A stretch of DNA of 29,568 nt from an uncultured Candidatus Saccharibacteria bacterium (lineage in GTDB: Bacteria > Patescibacteriota > Minisyncoccia > Phycocordibacterales > JACOZG01), in assembly GCA_964461325.1 (NCBI GenBank), contig CAYWTW010000001.1, positions 1-29,568 of the forward strand. The letters run 5' to 3'. The notes beneath the pieces were generated by a model. That model made no database searches. It saw only the letters and a list, made by a program, of their open reading frames with translations, and had not been told where the DNA came from. Shown here piece by piece: positions 27,093 to 29,568 of this stretch; position 1 is the stretch's first letter; each line of letters begins with the position of its first letter. A program made the translations under genes and the position numbers.

Positions 27093-27653
27093 ATGCTCCT
27101 GACTGACCGTTTGATCGCCCAGACGATTCTGCCGCTTTTGCCCGGCCGGGTCGTCCCCAACCACGTGACGGTTTTCCGTTTCGTTCTTATCCCACCGGTC
27201 ATTCTGCTGCTCTACTTTGATTACCGTCTCGTTGGATTGATTCTTTTTGTTATCGCCGCCTTCTCCGACGCCGTTGATGGGGCGCTCGCGCGGACGCGTC
27301 AGCAGATTACGCAATGGGGGACGCTCTACGACCCTCTGGCCGACAAATTGCTCGTTAGCTCCGTCGTCGCGCTCGTTGTCACGCAGATGATTGGCTGGCG
27401 TCTGGCCGTGGCCATCATCGGGATGGAGTTTTTAATAATTTTAGGCGCCCTGTATTATCAGAAAAAAGAGGGCCGGATTGTCTCGGCTCATCCGGCGGCC
27501 AAGTTCAAGATGGTTTGCCAATCCGTGGGCGTCTCTCTGCTTTTGCTCCATCTCGTTTGGCCGGTGGCGGGACTCCTCGCCGCGGCCTATTATCTGCTCT
27601 GGGCCGCGGTGTTCCTCGCGCTCATTAGTTTTTTCATTTACCAGTCAATTTGA
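27093..27653 (+). CDS. CDP-alcohol phosphatidyltransferase (PgsA-like)
   Basis: PNHVTVFR, SDAVDGALAR...GTLYDPLADK signature, AKFKMVCQ. Confidence 0.92.
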   Translation: MLLTDRLIAQTILPLLPGRVVPNHVTVFRFVLIPPVILLLYFDYRLVGLILFVIAAFSDAVDGALARTRQQITQWGTLYDPLADKLLVSSVVALVVTQMIGWRLAVAIIGMEFLIILGALYYQKKEGRIVSAHPAAKFKMVCQSVGVSLLLLHLVWPVAGLLAAAYYLLWAAVFLALISFFIYQSI

Positions 27654-27674
27654 TGGTAAAAGTTGCGTCGGTGC

Positions 27675-27693
27675 CAGATAAAGCGGTATAAAG
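27675..27693 (+). repeat. 19-bp direct repeat copy 1 (CAGATAAAGCGGTATAAAG); GIY-YIG 3' remnant
   Basis: Identical to 27973-27991. TTGCGT also sits 12 nt upstream of both copies (27663 and 27961). Confidence 0.9.
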
Positions 27694-27700
27694 AGGTGAT

Positions 27701-27735
27701 GGAAGGGTGGCAGAGAGGTCTAATGCGCACGCTTG
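27701..27735 (+). pseudogene. tRNA-Ser-like 5' half (acceptor 5' strand, D arm, 5' anticodon stem)
   Basis: 29/35 identical to the 5' part of the tRNA at 28030. It is interrupted in the anticodon loop, and no complementary 3' half (GCGTG...CCCTTCC) was noticed downstream. Confidence 0.75.
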
Positions 27736-27770
27736 ACCACCGCCTACGGCGGGGTCCCGCCAAAGGCGGG
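27735..27770. repeat. twin GC-rich hairpins (GACC-A-CCGCC-TAC-GGCGG-GGTC; CCCGCC-AAA-GGCGGG)
   Basis: Direct base-pairing inspection; both have 3-nt loops and share a CCGCC/GGCGG stem. Confidence 0.85.
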
Positions 27771-27786
27771 AAAAGCTTAGAACGCG

Positions 27787-28044
27787 TTTATTGTCTACAT
27801 TATTCAAAGTCAAACCACCGGCCGGTTTTATGTTGGTATGACCAGCGATTTGACGGAAAGATTGATTCACCACAACAGTGGGGCCAATCGCTCGACTCGT
27901 AATCGTGGACCATGGCGAGTTGTTTATAAAGAGATTCTATCAACCAAACGAGAGGCTTGGTTGCGTGAACGACAGATAAAGCGGTATAAAGGTGGTGAGG
28001 CGTTCAAGCGGTTGATCGCCGACAAACGTGGAGGGTTCGCATAG
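27787..28044 (+). CDS. small GIY-YIG nuclease; no canonical start codon upstream of the GIY motif
   Basis: FIVYIIQSQTTGRFYVGMTSDLTERLIHHNSG...TKREAWLRERQIKRYKG. In-frame TAG at 27778-27780, then AAC GCG TTT. The track's ATG at 27838 lies after the VYI/YVG motifs. The stop codon lies inside the tRNA. Confidence 0.85.
   Translation, partial: FIVYIIQSQTTGRFYVGMTSDLTERLIHHNSGANRSTRNRGPWRVVYKEILSTKREAWLRERQIKRYKGGEAFKRLIADKRGGFA
27973..27991 (+). repeat. 19-bp direct repeat copy 2 (inside the GIY-YIG 3' end)
   Basis: Identical to 27675-27693. Confidence 0.9.
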
Positions 28045-28114
28045 AGGTCTAGTGCGCTCGCTTGGAAAGCGAGTATGCTGCAAGGCATCAAGGGTTCGAA
28101 TCCCTTACCCTCCG
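28030..28114 (+). tRNA. tRNA-Ser(GGA)
   Basis: Acceptor GGAGGGT/ACCCTCC, discriminator G, anticodon arm CTCGC-TTGGAAA-GCGAG, long variable arm, T arm AAGGG-TTCGAAT-CCCTT; CCA not encoded. Confidence 0.96.
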
Positions 28115-29568
28115 CATTGACAACCTGTTAGTTTTGATGACCCACTTGCTCTAGTTTGAGCTGTGACCCACAAAGCTAATATAGGTTGATGAAATATTAT
28201 TTTTCTGGTCGCTTAAATTAAGCAGAGATAATTACCCTGAACGGGAGTTCGTAGGTTTCCAGCAAATAGTGATCCGTAATACCTAGGAGCTTCTTCTGCT
28301 CGTCACTCATTCGAGCCTTGGATACACCTGGCTGAACTAGGTGTACGTTCATTCGGAACTCCATAACTTCGCTCATGCGACTTATCTTCTCAAGAGTCTT
28401 TTGATCACCTTTTTCAAAACGATCAACTTCCTGTCCGTTGTGTTTAAGTGGGTTCCTTCGGAGTAAGTGAGTAAAAAGTTTCTCGGCACTTTCTTTCCAG
28501 TACGCACTTCTTTGAACCTGTCCGCACACGACATAGAGATCTCCTATTCTCGCTCCTGGATTTGCATCACTTGAGAATTTGCAGTGATACAAATCAACTT
28601 CAATGTACTTATGAGTTCCATCGACAGTCCTGATAGCAACAACATCTGCCACCTCTCCTGAGCCGTCATCGTTAAAGACAACCTCGTAATCTTCAGCGAT
28701 GAGCTTCTGTATGACTTTGTATTGAATGGAATCCTGACTCTTATTCACTCCTTGTGATTCAGCTTGGATGTCAGTACCTTCCCAGTCCCAGACTTCAACC
28801 TTGTTGTCGGCAATCGCAGGAGGAGTCTCGTTCAACTCAATATATGTATTGCCTTCTAGAGAAGAGCCGTCAGCAAACCAGAAGACAGGAGGATTGTCGT
28901 TAAAAAACTCAACAAGCGGATTCTCTCCGCGATAAAGTATCTTTGCTTCATCACGAGTAGTCTTGGAGAATGTATAGGTCTTGTTGTCGCCATTTTCCTG
29001 AAGAGTCAGCTCGAAATCTGCGGTGATATCTCCGGACTTTATCGAGAACTCTAAATCACCGGCATCACTAACGTTCTTGAGCTCGATATCAGCAAAGTGA
29101 AGCGGTACTCTTGTGCCGCCAATCATGAACACAAAATCAGTCTCCGGTTGGAGATAAAACATCTCTGGCCAATCAATGCGCACTGGAACTTTGGCTGGCC
29201 GTACGCCGATTATTTTCGGCCTGAGCGTACCCTTCAAAACCTCATCAGGGTCAATGGTGTCATCGAGAACCTTTGTTCCAATATAATCGAACCAACGCAC
29301 CAGCGCGTCAATGTTGATTACTCGACGAGACCATATTCTTCCCTTACGAGAACATCCTATTGAAGTTCTTGCACCTCTCTCGTAGCCCGCGCCGAACATA
29401 TTAGACTTGATTGATGTCCGTTTCAGTAGCTCATCCAAGCCTGCCTCCACATCAGATCCTGCTTGCATTGTGTAACGGATCAGTCTACCGATCTGCTTTC
29501 TGAGACCGACATTGTAAAGCTTTAATCTTTTTACGCCCGCAAGAGATCGGAATACAGCATCGTCCTGT
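28115..29568. mobile_element. probable left edge of a tRNA-anchored genomic island
   Basis: Composition shifts abruptly just after tRNA-Ser, and a foreign-looking nuclease gene converges on the tRNA. No integrase is seen in the window. Confidence 0.45.
28218..29567 (-). CDS. C-terminal part of a large protein with a PD-(D/E)XK-like nuclease domain (probable helicase-nuclease fusion); 5' end beyond the window
   Basis: The frame stays open from the window edge (QDDAVFRSLAGVKRLKLYNVGLRKQIGRLIRYT-MQAG...). Motif FNDDGSGEVADVV...LYHCKFS...DLYVVCGQ. Two sampled 60-nt lines are 25/60 GC each, below sampled housekeeping lines (30/60 and 42/60). The helicase half is inferred, not seen. Confidence 0.7.
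   Translation of the reverse strand, partial: QDDAVFRSLAGVKRLKLYNVGLRKQIGRLIRYTMQAGSDVEAGLDELLKRTSIKSNMFGAGYERGARTSIGCSRKGRIWSRRVINIDALVRWFDYIGTKVLDDTIDPDEVLKGTLRPKIIGVRPAKVPVRIDWPEMFYLQPETDFVFMIGGTRVPLHFADIELKNVSDAGDLEFSIKSGDITADFELTLQENGDNKTYTFSKTTRDEAKILYRGENPLVEFFNDNPPVFWFADGSSLEGNTYIELNETPPAIADNKVEVWDWEGTDIQAESQGVNKSQDSIQYKVIQKLIAEDYEVVFNDDGSGEVADVVAIRTVDGTHKYIEVDLYHCKFSSDANPGARIGDLYVVCGQVQRSAYWKESAEKLFTHLLRRNPLKHNGQEVDRFEKGDQKTLEKISRMSEVMEFRMNVHLVQPGVSKARMSDEQKKLLGITDHYLLETYELPFRVIISA

Noticed and set aside
27663-27902. 79-aa ORF MRRCQIKRYKEV... as a real gene
   Set aside because: It strings together the nuclease remnant, tRNA half, hairpins and an off-frame part of the GIY-YIG gene.
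27735-28030. Group I intron with a homing endonuclease inside one tRNA gene
   Set aside because: No P/Q/R/S core is recognisable, there is too little non-coding sequence, and the downstream tRNA is complete on its own and does not pair with the upstream half.
29097-29363. 88-aa plus-strand ORF
   Set aside because: Antisense shadow of the long minus-strand gene.

Overview
Chromosomal window that looks like a Patescibacteria (CPR, probably Parcubacteria-type) bacterium using genetic code 11. The lineage call is an inference from the missing rpmD/L30, AT-rich leaders without Shine-Dalgarno motifs, and CPR-style protein tails. Contents in order: (i) 145-437, a collapsed diversity-generating retroelement (DGR) relic, in which an AAC-rich template-repeat-like segment is fused directly to the last ~70 codons of a DGR-type reverse transcriptase, followed by a 26-bp perfect palindrome that overlaps a sigma70-like promoter; (ii) 500-9281, the ribosomal block rpsS-rplV-rpsC-rplP-rpmC-rpsQ-rplN-rplX-rplE-rpsZ-rpsH-rplF-rplR-rpsE-rplO-secY-adk-map, with rplB not adjacent upstream and infA not adjacent downstream, then ndk; (iii) minus-strand MFS transporter, RNase J, orphan peptide-binding protein and secG; (iv) a 2420-aa multidomain surface protein; (v) groES-groEL, a membrane protein, a chimeric Cys-rich protein, lemA-htpX and a CDP-alcohol phosphatidyltransferase; (vi) a compact unit of GIY-YIG 3' remnant, tRNA-Ser-like 5' half with twin hairpins, small GIY-YIG nuclease and intact tRNA-Ser(GGA); (vii) a lower-GC minus-strand gene running off the window end, probably the nuclease-bearing C-terminal half of a helicase-nuclease on a tRNA-anchored island. 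The most unusual signals are the tRNA/GIY-YIG unit, the DGR relic and the island gene. All family assignments come from motif recognition by eye; no database searches were run.
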